A DNA stretch of 64,000 nucleotides from Macrostomum hystrix (taxonomy: Eukaryota > Animalia > Platyhelminthes), in the NCBI GenBank assembly GCA_950097015.1, contig CATNEN010000031.1:1054001-1118000 (forward strand), read 5' to 3'. Shown here in pieces: positions 12,991 through 25,730 of this stretch; within the stretch, counting starts at the first letter, position 1, and the number at the start of each line of letters is the position of its first letter. A program made the translations under genes and the position numbers. Under the pieces are notes generated by a model. It made no database searches, was not told where the DNA came from, and saw only the letters and a list, made by a program, of their open reading frames with translations.

Positions 12991-15900
12991 CTCACTGAGC
13001 AAGCGAGAATTTTTGATGAGCTGATGAAAATTCGAGGCTTTAATTTTGAATATTAGAAACTCATCCTGTAATCAGTTCCTGAACACGTCCCTTATAATTT
13101 TGTGTTTTTTCGACCTCGAAGACTGACCACACAACTGTTTGAATGCAGGATACATGTTGATTACTTACTTAGCTAATATTCTATTTGCTTGAACCACTTT
13201 AAATTTACTGCGTGTGCAGTTGTTAGGTTCCTGTTCCAACAATCGGAGATGTATTTATACGAGTATTCAGACTGTAACTTCGACTAGAGTGGTAAATTTC
13301 ACCGTTTAATTGGAATCGAAGGTGGAAATTTTCGAGTTCGAAGCCCGCAAATTAACTGATATTAATTTAATTGGGTTTAGTTGGTTCGCAGACATTCCAG
13401 GACTGCAAGTTATCTGAAAAACATTTTTGCTCATGGCGGCTGCGCAAACTCAATAATGGTTAATCTTGTTTGTTGCTGCTGTTTTAACTTTTTCATTTAA
13501 ACGTTAAATTAAACAAAAATGTTTACTGATTGTAAAAATAAAACTATAGTCATATTTCATCAAACAACTATTTGTAAAATATAATTAGTCAGTTTGTCGT
13601 TCTGTGTTCTTTAGTTGGCCTCGTACTAAACATTTTCAAATCGGCGGTTATAAAATATTATTTTATTCAAATTAAAATGGTTTCAATCGATCGAACGCGA
13701 CCCTGCTAGTAAATTTATCACCCTGAGCAGAAAACAGCAGATACTTTTCGACTATTGCCATCGAGCGCCTGTCCTCCGCGTAGATATTTACAATATTCCA
13801 AAGAAATTCTACAAAAAAAACTATCAGGACATTTTGATAATAATTAGAGCCTCAAGGTCCGCTGTAAACTGCCGATTAAAACAACACGCAATAAAAGCTA
13901 ATAATATTAGCACTGCTTTCCTTGAGTGCACGTAAGAAACTTTTAAAAGTACCAAAAATTGTTTATTAACTATTTTTATCTGTCTAAGAAAAAAATTAAT
14001 TCAAACTTACGTCTTTTGTTAATTTTGTCAATTGATGTTGTTGATGCTTGCTGCTTATTATCGTCCATCTCATACAGCATGTAATCGTAGAAAGATTTCT
14101 AAAGGCTTGAATTCTAGTTCTATGTACAATAATTACTATCTTATCATTTATCTATATCTAGCCTATTTAGTATACACAATGATGGATGTTAAAATAGTAC
14201 AGTAAAACAACACACGTAATGTATTATCGATGATCGAATGATTTAGCAGTGTTATACCTATTTTTGTAGGCTACAATTTAAACTGTGTATAGTTCTTGTC
14301 TAACCGACTCAAACCAAGGCCATAAATTACTAGCGCTAAACATTTCCTCACGCCGTGCCGTGACTATTATAGGGAAGTGGATTAGCATTGATGTACCTTA
14401 CTTATGTCACCACTTCAAGGTGACTAAATTGAGGACTGTATAGTTCATTAGCGATAGGCCCTAGTGTAAATTAAACCAATTTCTCATCATCAATATTCGT
14501 GTCATCAGATTAGGCTGATCCCAACTTTCTGCTGTCACAAACTATGAACATTATGTATTTTTTAGCTCATAGGCCTATTTACAGTAGAATGTTGTTCTAC
14601 TGTTCTAGTTGTTCTAAAGTTTCATATTTGACTCCAACCTTTTTTGGACTGATTGGTGGTATTGACCAGACAGGATGTGAGAGTAATATACAAGCAGTTA
14701 ATATACAAACAGCAATTTGAATTATTAAGATATCTAAAGGGTTAGGGCCTAGGCCCTACCTAATTTTCTATTTGCACATCATAAGGCAAGGTCTGACCAC
14801 TGTACTCATAATATAGTAATACTACATAATACATATTGTAGCATTACCACATTAATGCTTGAAATACATGTCGCATTTTAGTACAAAATGTAAAGCTAAA
14901 AACTAGTACTAAAAGTTTGATTAGTACCCAATTGTCCTTAAGCTATTAAAATATGTTACCTATTTATTAGTTTTTATGCTAGTTTTGAGTTTTAATAAAA
15001 CTATTTCATGTAGCCTTTTTACAAATTATAAGAAAGAAATTTATGTAGTGTATATATTTATTGTAAAATTAATTAATTATTTTTCTTTATATTTCTCTGT
15101 CCTCATTCCATTCTACATATCATTGATTCGCAAAAAGTTAAATGAAAGAAAAAATGATTACAATTTCTTATGTTTTTTTTCAAAAATTTCAGCTTTGGGT
15201 AATATTATCAGCTTTGTCATAATTTGGGTTAACTTATATAGCTAAATCTAATGAACCAAAGCTATATTTACACACAGATGTCAGTGAATTTAAATTAGGC
15301 CACTCAGCCCCTTTGGAACTTGCAAAAAACTATGAGCTGATGGTAGCCTAGGCTATCATTGCCAAAATTCACCCATTAAGAACAGTTTTTTAAGTCAAAA
15401 TATCATGTTGTAGGCTTTCTTTAGGAGGTTCATGGCTGAAAAACAGGGAGGTCTTGATGCATTGACTTTAATTGCAGCTAGCCACCTCTGCATTGTTCTC
15501 TATGAGATAGAATTTATGTGAGGTCATTAAAGATGTTAAAAGAAGAATTTTAATGTATAGTTATTGAAGTCATGAAGTTAAGTTATTATTTGCATTTGCA
15601 TAAAATATTGCAAAAATTGTATCTTTTAGTTGAATATGTAGTAATAGTTGTTTATGAATTCTTGGCTTTATAAAAAGTTGAGATTTTTCTGAAAAAATGA
15701 TAATATGAGATTTTGATTGCAGAAACTTCAAATTCCAGAGTTAAGGCTATTAAAATGATGAGATGCTTAATGCTAGCTAGGCATGTTGCTTACCTTTAGG
15801 CTCACCAACTAGCTGTACAATGTTTGAGACAAACATATTCTTGTATCTTGGTTTTGGCTTTTCCAAAGACATTTAGAGCAGAATATTTGGAAACAAAAAG

Positions 15901-16106
15901 TATTTAAAGTTTAACAGCAGTGTAACAATTGGGTGTGCTCACAGATACTATAATAACTATTATAGTATTATAGTAGTTATAATAGTATAGTTATTATAGT
16001 ATCTTTGGGTGTGCTGAACTTTTTCTAGTACAATGACACTCCTTAATCATTAATTAGTATTTGGCATAAAAATAACTTCATTTGTCAATGTTTTTTTTGC
16101 AGCAGC

Positions 16107-18086
16107 ATGAGTCAAAAGCAGCCGCAGCTGCAGCAGGCTTTAACACCTAGTCGGCCATTCCTAGTTAGTGGCGGTGGCAATGCATCGCCGGCTCCTCCTC
16201 CATCGCCCGCATCTGGCGTGGCAACTCCGCTGGGCAAGTCAAGCGGAGCCGGGGGCGGCAAGTCCGAAGTAAAAGTGCCGAAGCCGCCGAAGGCGCCTGA
16301 AAAGCCCTTAGTGCCCTACATGCGCTACAGTAGACGCGTTTGGGAGCGCGTTAAGATTGACAATCCCAATCTTAAGCTGTGGGAAGTGGGCAAAATTATT
16401 GGCCAAATGTGGCGCGAGCTTGGCGACGATGAGAAGCAAGAATTCGTCGAGGAATACGAAGCCGACAAGGCCCAGTACAGCGAGGTCCTGCGCCAGTATC
16501 ACAACTCGCCGCAGTACCTGGCCTGGCTGGCTGCCAAAGAGCGAGCCGAGCGCCTCGCCGAAGAGGACGCAGCCAACGCCGCCTCGGCATCGGCCACTGC
16601 GGCTGCTGCTATTGCCGCCAAACGCGAAGGTCGCGGACATCATCATCACCATCATCATGCAATGGACTCGCTTGGCGATCCCGACGCTGATGGAGCCGGC
16701 GCAGACTCATGGGCTCTGGGCGTCAACGGCGTCCTCTGGGACGACGAGCTGGACGAGGCCTGGTCGATTCGGCACGCGGCCACGCTTCGCTACCGCCGCA
16801 ATCATCGCCTGCTGATTGAGGTGCTGTCCGAGGCTCGGGTGCCAGACAGTCGGCAGTTGGTGCCGCCGGCTCGAGTACACAGCCTCAGGCGGCAGTGCGA
16901 GTCTCTGGAGGCGCACAACTCCCGCCTGGCCACTGAGCTGACGGCTTTGGAGACGCAGCACGAGGAGCGCCGGGCGCAGATGCAGCGCTGGACGGATCGA
17001 TTTCGTCAGGCCGTGCAAGACTCACTGGAGGCCAAGCCCAAACCAGACTTTATCGAGCTGTTTGCCAAGGCTCGAGACGACGCTGCGACTGGTCGCCTAG
17101 GCAACGAAGACGCAACCAGGCTAGCGCCGCTGCAGCCGATAGCCACCACGAGTAACTCGCCTCCTCCGCCGGCGCCACCGCCTCAGCTTCCGCTGCCGCC
17201 TCAGCTTCCGCCGCCTCAGCTCCCACATCCTCAGTCTACGGTTCCGGAGCCGCGTCAACAGCCAAGCCAGATGCCAGTTCCGTCTCATCCTCTGCCGCAT
17301 CAGCAGCATCACCATCTTCAGCAACAGCAGCTTTTGCCGCCGCCGCCTCCGCCGCTGCCGGCGTCACCTTCGTCCTCTGCGCCAGATTCTTCTAAACCGC
17401 CAGCTAAAAAGCGGAAGAAGAAGAAGAAGAAGGAGCCGGCTCCGCCCACGCAGCAAACTCCGCCGCCGCCTCCGCAGCAGCAGCAGCAGCAGAATTCTTC
17501 GGTGGGACCTCCGCCACAATCGGCTAAGTCGCATCACGGAAGCACGAAGCAGCAGCAACAGCAACAGCAGCAGCCGATGCAAATGCACCAGCATCAGCAG
17601 CATCTTCACCAGATGGAGCAATCCTTGCCGGAGTCCGGGTCGGCTCTTCCGCCACCCGCCGGTTATCCTCACCAGCCGCCTCATCATACCATGACTTCGC
17701 AACCTGGCCATTTCGGGCCGCCTCAGCCGCACCCGCCGCCGCAGCACTTTGGTCAGCCGTCGCCTGGCCCGCCTCGCTACGTCGGCGGAGGCTTCGCCGG
17801 GGCCCCGCCTGGTCCGCCCTACATGGGCCCTCCGCCTGGCGGCCCCTACTATCACCATCAGCCTCAGCAGCCGCTGCCGCCCTACGGCTACGATCCGTCA
17901 GCCGGTTATCCGTCTATGCCTCCGCCGCCTCCTCCTGGCGCTTATCAGCAGCATCATCATCAGCAGATGCAGCAGCAGCAGCAGCCTCTGCCTCCGCAGC
18001 CACCAGGCGGTGGGCCACCATACTCCGGCGTCCCGCCACCGGGTATGATGCAACATCATCACATACCGTTTCCTCATAACTGCTGA
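16107..18086 (+). CDS. SMARCE1: SWI/SNF (BAF) subunit SMARCE1/BAF57/Bap111 orthologue, 659 aa, one coding exon
   Basis: HMG box PKPPKAPEKPLVPYMRYSRRVW...KLWEVGKIIGQMWREL...YHNSPQY; NHRLI-type motif (RYRRNHRLLIEVLSE) and following coiled coil; long P/Q/H-rich C-terminus; T8-GCAG acceptor at 16091-16102 just before the ATG. Confidence 0.93.
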   Translation: MSQKQPQLQQALTPSRPFLVSGGGNASPAPPPSPASGVATPLGKSSGAGGGKSEVKVPKPPKAPEKPLVPYMRYSRRVWERVKIDNPNLKLWEVGKIIGQMWRELGDDEKQEFVEEYEADKAQYSEVLRQYHNSPQYLAWLAAKERAERLAEEDAANAASASATAAAAIAAKREGRGHHHHHHHAMDSLGDPDADGAGADSWALGVNGVLWDDELDEAWSIRHAATLRYRRNHRLLIEVLSEARVPDSRQLVPPARVHSLRRQCESLEAHNSRLATELTALETQHEERRAQMQRWTDRFRQAVQDSLEAKPKPDFIELFAKARDDAATGRLGNEDATRLAPLQPIATTSNSPPPPAPPPQLPLPPQLPPPQLPHPQSTVPEPRQQPSQMPVPSHPLPHQQHHHLQQQQLLPPPPPPLPASPSSSAPDSSKPPAKKRKKKKKKEPAPPTQQTPPPPPQQQQQQNSSVGPPPQSAKSHHGSTKQQQQQQQQPMQMHQHQQHLHQMEQSLPESGSALPPPAGYPHQPPHHTMTSQPGHFGPPQPHPPPQHFGQPSPGPPRYVGGGFAGAPPGPPYMGPPPGGPYYHHQPQQPLPPYGYDPSAGYPSMPPPPPPGAYQQHHHQQMQQQQQPLPPQPPGGGPPYSGVPPPGMMQHHHIPFPHNC

Positions 18087-18771
18087 TGTACAAATTGATG
18101 CCCTTTACTGTGTACCATACTTACACTTTTATAGCTTAACCTTTTTCTGTTTTTTATTTATTGGAATCTTCCGAATTATGCTTTTACAATTTAGCCTATT
18201 GATAATTCGGTGTTGATACCCCAACATTATATGCACGTGTATTTGTTTACATACTTAAAGCTATGTTTATCTATCGCGCATGGCTATCTAGCATAGTCGC
18301 GCATCAGCTCAAAAATCTCACAGCTGCTTAGCGTTTGCTCCAGTTTTATTATTTATATATATAATTTAGTTTTGTTTTGTTGCATTCTTGCGAATCTTGA
18401 ACTTGTTGTCTATATGTCTATGGTATAAAGCTGATTTACTTTAATGTTCGTTTATTATGAACAAACTCTGACTATACTCATGCACGTGTTTTATGCCGTT
18501 TGAGATCATAATTTTTCAATTAGGACATGTTGTTTATTTATTTTCGGATTTCTCTTAACTTCTCTTACTCACAGTTTGCAACCTGGTGAATTCGTTTGCT
18601 TTCTTTTTATATTTAAGGACAAACTGCCCTCTATCTTTTGATTTAGCCTTAATAAACTTTCTGCTATTGTTGCATGCTTACTAACTAAGCCTAACTAATT
18701 GTGTGCCTACTTTTTGGCATACCACAGTTAGGATCTAATATAAAATTTCTTGCTGTTTTAAGAGCTAGCTG

Positions 18772-19085
18772 CAAAATAGCTGCAGTTCCAAAGAAATAGC
18801 TGCAGATTCTAAGAAATAGCTGCAGTTCTTAAAAAATAGCTGCAGTTCCTAAGAACTAGCTGCAGATTCTAAGAAATATTTGTGGATTCAAAAATAGCTG
18901 CAGTTCCTAAGAAATAGCTGCAGTTCCTAAGAACTAGCTGCAGATTCTAAGAAATATTTGCAGATTCAAAAATAGCTGCAGTTCCTAAGAAATTGCTGCA
19001 GATTTTAAGATGTGGTTGCAGTTCCAAAGAACTAGCTGCAGATTCTAAGAAATAGCTGCAGTTTTTAAGACCTAGCTGCAAGTTC
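18772..19085. repeat. Degenerate 20-bp minisatellite (AAATAGCTGCAGTTCCTAAG)
   Basis: Tandem units downstream of SMARCE1. Confidence 0.88.
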
Positions 19086-19854
19086 AAGGAACCAACAAGA
19101 CGGGACCTGTGACCGAAGTTAGATAAATCCGGTATCACTCTGTTAAGCCTTCCATTAGTTTTCTTTTCAACCTAAAATTGCCTTTATCTTTGTCTGGAAA
19201 TTTTAAGCACGTATTGCCTACTAATAGTAATAATTCTTTTATGAATCACTAACAAGGCTCCAGTAGTTTTTTATTGCATGGCAGAGTTTTCAAGTCTTCG
19301 TTAATTTTTTTGTTTATCCCGCACATTTTGAGTTGCTATTTTTCTTAAACCAAGAATCAGCATGCGAACCATGTTTTCTTGATAAATAGTCTAAGCTTAA
19401 TTATGTTTCTTAAATTATCAACACTTAGTCGGCCAGATATTTACACTTGTCAGTTTTATATTTGTAAAGGACCACAATTTTTTTGCGCGTTTCCAGCTTT
19501 TTTCTCACCTGTCTGTATTTATTGTTTTATTAATCTGTGCTAGAATGCCAGTACATCTGCTCTCTTTCTCTCTGCACATACAAATATATATTTTTACTTT
19601 TGTGCTATTTGAAAGTGCACGAGCTGGCTACTTATAGTAGCTAGCTGTCCCTGCTTTGAATGTAAATTTTCAGTTTTTGATCATCTGGCTTTATTTGTGA
19701 CAGTTTAACGGACTTTTTAATATACCATTTTCTCATGCGGACACTGATAACACGGTAGCTGATCATAGAATTTCTAATATTGTCTCCTTGTACTTTTTTC
19801 ATTTTGTAATGATGAAAACTGCCACACACTTCTGTGGTCCGTCTAATAGTTATG

Positions 19855-20965
19855 GAATCTGTCTAACAGGTCTAGGGTTTGCCTAACAGTTCTAGGGTCT
19901 GTTTAAAAGTTCTAGGGTCTGTTTAACAGTTCTTTAGTCTGTTAAACAGCTCTTTAGCGTACGTTTAAGAGTTCTAGAGTTTGTCTCACAGTTCTAGGGT
20001 CTGTCTCACAGTTCTAGGGTCTGTCTCGCAGTTCTAGAGTCTGTCTCACAGTTCTAGGGTTTTTCTAACAGTTCTAGGGTCTGTCTCACAGTTCTAGGGT
20101 CTGTCTCACAGTTCTAGAGTCTGTCTCACAGTTCTAGGGTCTGTCTCACAGTTCTAGAGTCTGTCTCACAGTTCTAGGGTCTGTCTCACAGTTCTAGAGT
20201 CTGTCTCACAGTTCTAGGGTCTGTCTCACAGTTCTAGGGTCTGTCTCACAGTTCTAGGGTCTGTCTCACAGTTCTAGGGTCTGTCTCACAGTTCTAGGGT
20301 CTGTCTCACAGTTCTAGGGTCTGTCTCACAGTTCTAGGGTCTGTCTCACAGTTCTAGGGTCTGTCTCACAGTTCTAGGGTCTGTCTCACAGTTCTAGAGT
20401 CTGTCTCACAGTTCTAGAGTCTGTCTCACAGTTCTAGGGTCTGTCTCACAGTTCTAGGGTCTGTCTCACAGTTCTAGAGTCTGTCTCACAGTTCTAGAGT
20501 CTGTCTCACAGTTCTAGGGTCTGTCTCACAGTTCTAGAGTCTGTCTCACAGTTCTAGGGTCTGTCTCACAGTTCTAGGGTCTGTCTCACAGTTCTAGGGT
20601 CTGTCTCACAGTTCTAGGGTCTGCCTAACAGCTGTATGGTATGTCTAACAGTTCTAGGGATTTTTCTAACAGTTCGAGAGTCTGTCTAACAGTTCTAGGG
20701 CTGTTTAACAGTTCTAGGGATTTGTCTAACAGCTCTGAGGCCTGTCTAACAGTTATGGAGTCTGACTAACAGTTCTAGGTCTATCTAACAGTTCTAGGTC
20801 TGTCTACCAGTTTTAGGGTCTGTCTAACAGCTTTAGGGTATGTCTAACAGTTCTAGGGATTTTTCTAACAGTTCGAGAGTCTGTCTAACAGTTCTAGGGT
20901 CTGTCTAACAACTGTAGGGTCTAAAAGTTCTGGAGTCTATCTAACAGTTCTGGGGATTTGTCTAA
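19855..20965. repeat. 20-bp minisatellite (CTGTCTCACAGTTCTAGGGT) with homogeneous core and degenerate edges
   Basis: Near-perfect units at about 19990-20625. Confidence 0.95.
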
Positions 20966-21401
20966 CAGTCTGGAGGGTTTAGCTAACGGTTTAAAAATGT
21001 TGTTTCAAAGTTTTAAACATAGATGCTAAAAGTCTAGATATATTTAACAACAGGTAAAACATGTCGCGTGAAGTTAAAAATTAGTAAACTTTGGTAATCA
21101 AACATGTCAGTCTTGTTTTCAATAAGGTTTTGATTATTAGTTGCGATCACGCAGGCTTCGAAATGGCTTAAGAAAAGCAGCTTTTAAGTCTCTACAAAAA
21201 GCGATTAGCGAAATTTACAAATCTGAAGCGATTAGTCATTGATTACGCAATACACTACCGGTACGCAATAAATTTTGCACTAAAAACAAGCGCCAAGACC
21301 TACATGCTAGATGCCTAGACTGCGAGCTTAACAATTAGCTGTAGTCCTAAAAGTGAACCATGTTTTGCTTGTGCACTATTGAGGACTCGATTGGAGGCAA
21401 C

Positions 21402-23462
21402 TCAAACCGTGGCCTCCAATAGGCCTCCACCGGTTGGTAGAGAATTCTCGCCTTCCTCCTGCAACTGCGGTTGCGCCTCCGTCGCCGCCGAAGCTTGCTC
21501 GCCGGCGATGAGGCCCAGGTTGACGGTGTTGCTGGTCACCAGCTGGGTGCCCTCAACCAGCAGGAAGCTGGCGTGCAGGTTCTGCGCGCTGCGCATCATC
21601 TCCTGCAGTTCAGTCTCGTTGGCCTCCTGGCGCCTGCTGAAGTACGGCAGGAACAGCGCGCTGAATATGGCGGAGCTCAGGGCGAAGAGACCGCCGCCAA
21701 CGGCGAACGGCAGCAAGTACCTGGTGCTGGGGCTGTACAGGGAGGCTGCGAGCGGCGAGCCGGCGCAGGTGCTGATCCCCCTGGCCAGTGTGATGAGGCC
21801 GAAGGCGCTGGTCAGGTTGTCCAAGCCCACCAGGCGGCACAGAATCTCCGAGGTGAGGGTGATGAAGGGAGCCAGGGTGACGCCCAGAGCGGTGTAGGTG
21901 GCGGTCAGCACCGGGAAGCTGGTCGAGTAGTTGAGCAGCAGGACCAGGATGGCGCTGAGTAGCAGCGAGACATTGTTGACGAGGAGGGGCGACACTTTCG
22001 GATTCCCCGCCGCCCAGCCCACCAGGATGCGGCTGAGCGTGTTGGCGCTGCCGAACGCCGTGTTCAGGTACTTGGACTCGCCGTCGGACACTCCTGCCTC
22101 TCGGGCGAAGTCGCTGACGAAGAACAGAGGAATGTAGAAGGCCATCATTGTGGCCAGATTGCCCAGCCAGAAAATCAAGTAGCTGGAGTCTTTCATCAGC
22201 GAAACGTCAGTCATCATGAGAAACGCGTCGCGTATTGGTTTCGGCAAGCAGCGCGAGCTTGCCTCCTCAGGCTCAGTTTCCTTTGCGCCTTTATTCGGCT
22301 GGGCGGTGTCCTTCATCGTGCTTGGTGACGTGGCCTCACCAGGTATTCGAGTCATGGACAGAAATAGTTGACTTGGCGTCAGCACGGACTTGCTTCTGAC
22401 CTTCGTGCTGGCCAGGCTGGCAACTGAGCCAGCGTAGAAGATGTCCTTGCGGTACAGAGGTCTCTTTAAGTCCTCTACAGCGGCGGTTGCTATGGGGTCG
22501 TCGCGCACCGCCCGAACGTCGAATTGGCGAGCCCGTGCAGCCTTCGCCACCCGACAGCGGTTGCTCGCGGAGCCCGCTGAGGATTTCACCCTGTGGTCCA
22601 CCAGAGAAGGAAGCGAGTGCAGCGCCTTTCCCATGCTCTCGGCTGAGCCCAGGTTGATGGCGCTTACAGTCGAGGCGAACAGTTCCCGACAAGCGGCGGC
22701 CTCGTCCGTGTCTTCGGGCCTGCGGCTTCTGTCGACTCGAGAGGCACAGCGCCGCCGCTGCTGCACCGGCTCCGGCTTCGGGTCGTTCGGTTTCATGAGG
22801 GCGCCGAACACGGCTGAGTTGAGCACTATCCCGGCCAGGATGAGCAGGCAGTTCCTCCAGCCCAGAGTCTCAGCGAGGGCTCGGGTCAGCGGTCCCATCA
22901 CCATGGTGCCGATTCCCGTGCCACAGACAGCGAGGCCCATGGCCAGGGCGCGGTACTTCTCGAAGTAGAAGTTCACACACACCATGGAAGGCAGGTAGAT
23001 CAAGCCGAAGCCGATGCCTCCGAGGACGCCGTAGCAGATGGTGAGGGCGAACAGGCTGGGCGCGAAGCTGCTGAGCACGAACGCCACTGTTGCAACCAAC
23101 GCGCCAGCGATGCAGACGGGCCGACAGCCGAACTTGTTCACCAGAGCGCCAGCAAGCGGTCCTGTCAGCAGGTAGACTCCGCACAGTAGCGATCCGATCA
23201 GCGTTACAGAGGCCTTGTCTGCGTTGAAGTACTCGCAGAAGTCTCCCAGCAAGTAGCCGAAGGAATTAGCGATGCCATCTACGATGAAGCTGTTCATCAT
23301 GCAGGCTACAGTCACCACCCAGGCGTAGCCTCGGTCTAGCGGCAGCGGCAGTACCTCCTCGCCCTTCACCGGCACCACCTCCAGGGCTCGGTTGTCGTCC
23401 GGCCCGTCCGTCACCATCAGACTCCGCGCTTCGTCAGCCGCCGTTGCTTCGGCAGAATTCAT
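21402..23462 (-). CDS. Monocarboxylate transporter family (SLC16/MCT, MFS) protein, 686 aa, one exon
   Basis: PLDRGYAWVV N-terminal MCT motif, LVNKFGCRPV MFS motif A, YFEKYRALAMGLAVCGTGIG; about 12 hydrophobic segments with a large central loop. Confidence 0.93.
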   Translation of the reverse strand: MNSAEATAADEARSLMVTDGPDDNRALEVVPVKGEEVLPLPLDRGYAWVVTVACMMNSFIVDGIANSFGYLLGDFCEYFNADKASVTLIGSLLCGVYLLTGPLAGALVNKFGCRPVCIAGALVATVAFVLSSFAPSLFALTICYGVLGGIGFGLIYLPSMVCVNFYFEKYRALAMGLAVCGTGIGTMVMGPLTRALAETLGWRNCLLILAGIVLNSAVFGALMKPNDPKPEPVQQRRRCASRVDRSRRPEDTDEAAACRELFASTVSAINLGSAESMGKALHSLPSLVDHRVKSSAGSASNRCRVAKAARARQFDVRAVRDDPIATAAVEDLKRPLYRKDIFYAGSVASLASTKVRSKSVLTPSQLFLSMTRIPGEATSPSTMKDTAQPNKGAKETEPEEASSRCLPKPIRDAFLMMTDVSLMKDSSYLIFWLGNLATMMAFYIPLFFVSDFAREAGVSDGESKYLNTAFGSANTLSRILVGWAAGNPKVSPLLVNNVSLLLSAILVLLLNYSTSFPVLTATYTALGVTLAPFITLTSEILCRLVGLDNLTSAFGLITLARGISTCAGSPLAASLYSPSTRYLLPFAVGGGLFALSSAIFSALFLPYFSRRQEANETELQEMMRSAQNLHASFLLVEGTQLVTSNTVNLGLIAGEQASAATEAQPQLQEEGENSLPTGGGLLEATV

Positions 23463-23556
23463 TGCTCAAACTTTAGACCAAATAGCCTTTATCGTTGCTA
23501 AGTACACCGCCTCCGTCTTGCCTGAATCCTGCTGCTCGGTGCACCAAGACTCTTGC

Positions 23557-23564
23557 TATTTATA
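23557..23564 (-). promoter_or_regulatory. TATA box (TATAAATA) of the MCT gene, with a GC box (GGGCGGG) at about 23627-23633
   Basis: Consensus TATA about 95 bp upstream of the ATG at 23462 on the same strand; function is inferred. Confidence 0.55.
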
Positions 23565-24351
23565 AGGCCGGCCCGGTCAGGTTGGAGTGGCAGCGCCGCT
23601 GAGCCAGATAACGTAGGACACACCTACCCGCCCGGCTCCGCTTCACTTTACTTCTCTGTTTCCAAGCGGATTTTTGAGAAATTGCAACACTCGTCAACTT
23701 ATAGCCCCATTTTTATAGCCAGTTCTGTGTAGTCGTGGCTTATACATAAACGGGTTGTGTAAAAACATTTTACATCTTGCGCCTTAAGCATGTTGTATTG
23801 CAATGCACATTTGGTCAGAGTTGATCAGCTATCAGGTCCATCCAAGTTTCAACTTAAAATGCTTTTCGATTGTAATGAAGCACAATTGTAGTGCAAATTT
23901 GACTTGTGTAAGCTCAACGACAGAAACTCAATTGTGTCCTCCCACAAGTGTCCCGAGGCAGTTAGGAATCAAAACAAACTATTTATTGCTGCGCTTTCGC
24001 GCGACTCAGCCCAAGGTTAGAGAATGCTGTTACGCATTGAAAATCGACTCGCTGACTAAAACAGATAGCGGGGCCGAACCCACCAATGGAGGACAATTGT
24101 CAGATAAAAATAAAACCGAAGCCTGTAAACCGGTTGTGTGACAAGCTCGTTTATTAGTTTAAGTTAGTGACGAGTTTCTCTTAACCGTTGGAAATAAAAA
24201 CTGTGCAATTGTTTCAGAGATTTTTAATTGGCATTTCGGAACCTGTTTAAACTGGTTCCAGCGAAATGACAGAACAGAGTTAGCTGCCTAAAATAATTTC
24301 GAAATTTATAAATTTTATACTCTCGAGCATCCACTAGATAATGCGTTTTGT

Positions 24352-24612
24352 CTCTCGCACGGCTGTGGGCGGACTCCTGGGCACACTGCACACAGACACC
24401 GTACGCAGGTACACAGGTTTGTACACCTGCGCTGACTTTTATATTGTCAGACAATTTAAACTCTCACTGTGCCTTGGGGGTTGGCCCAAAAGGGCGTCAC
24501 TAGCAACAAGGCCCCAAAGCCTTCTCTCCGCGGCTGCGCCCAAGATGAAACTGGCCTCGCCGCGGATTCGAGCTCAAGAACCTTGGTGTGAAATGCTGGC
24601 GTGTTAACCGCT
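24352..24612 (-). mobile_element. Diverged, 3'-truncated copy of the tRNA-derived SINE
   Basis: Reverse complement aligns by eye with 44190-44450 (AGCGGTTA...CACCAAGG...GGCGAGGCC...GGGCGCAGCCGCGGAGAGAAGGC...GCCAACC...AAGGCACAGTG). Confidence 0.8.
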
Positions 24613-25730
24613 TTTCTATTGCTATTGCTTTATTAATGAAAAAATCATCTGGACCATTTCGAACGTTAGGGTGTTTTTATTTAAAAGCTTAATAACAGTA
24701 AATTATTACTTGCCTTCATTATATTTAAGCAGAGGCAAAAGCTTTGCTACCAACATCACCTTGACTACGCTTATAGTAAGGAAGCATATCAAAGTGCGTA
24801 GGCTGTGTTGACAGTCAAATCATATTTACAATATATAGCATTACAAATTTATCCTAAAAAGCACACGTTTGTAGAAAAAAGTAATTTCATGATTGTTATC
24901 CGGGAAATATCTAGGAATTTTAGTAATTGGATAAATGTAATTCCAAAAGATTCGAAAGGCTTGCAAACTAAAATAGAGAAAAACATTTAGCACTCTTAGG
25001 ACAGCTTCACTGTCCAGATTTAACCACAGTAAAAACTATAGAGAAATATTTGAGTCGCAACAACATGACTCTAAAAAAACTAAATCGCGAATGACAAAAA
25101 GCAAGCATTTAATCAACTCAAAACTTTTTAATAAGTCAGTTTTTAATGGAATGTGCTAGACAACTGATTAAAAAAAGCTGCAATGCTAAAAACTTCAAAG
25201 CACCAAATCAATTAAAAATTTAGTAAAATAATTATAATATTTTATAAAAAAACGAATGAGTTTTTGAAAGCTAACTTTGAAATGGCAAACAGTTAATTTA
25301 ATTCGATGCGGTGAAGGCACAATATTAGTAAATTATTTATAAAAATTATAAAAAATATACTAAATATATTACTAAAAGAATTGTATAGCTTTATAGTTAA
25401 CGCGTACTCGCATAAGCTTAGTTCGTATATAAGCAAATACAATTTGGGAACATATAGTAGTCATTATATGCACAGGCTAACAGCAAAAACAAATTGACTG
25501 AGTTTTTGTGTAGCGAATCAAGAAAAATTTATGTTTATGGCGAGAGTTACGATACAATATAAAGTAAAAGTCTGCAAAATTCATGTAAAAATAACCTGGC
25601 TAAGCCTAAATCAGACAGGCATGTAACAGTTGGGAACATATTGACAGATTATCGTTGCCGCATAGGCTGGGCATCTAGCAGTTATTAAATAATGGTTCTT
25701 TGGAGTGCGTGTGTTTTTTAAAGAGTGTGT

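Noticed and set aside
14976-15245. Hydrophobic ORFs in AT-rich intergenic DNA (also 51357-51629)
   Set aside because: Composition-driven I/F/L/K bias with no splice or homology support.
21379-23184. Antisense and alternate-frame ORFs over MCT (likewise over SMARCE1, POU6, EEA1, ZF, TRMT2B, TPC2)
   Set aside because: Shadow ORFs of GC-rich coding sequence with no independent motifs.
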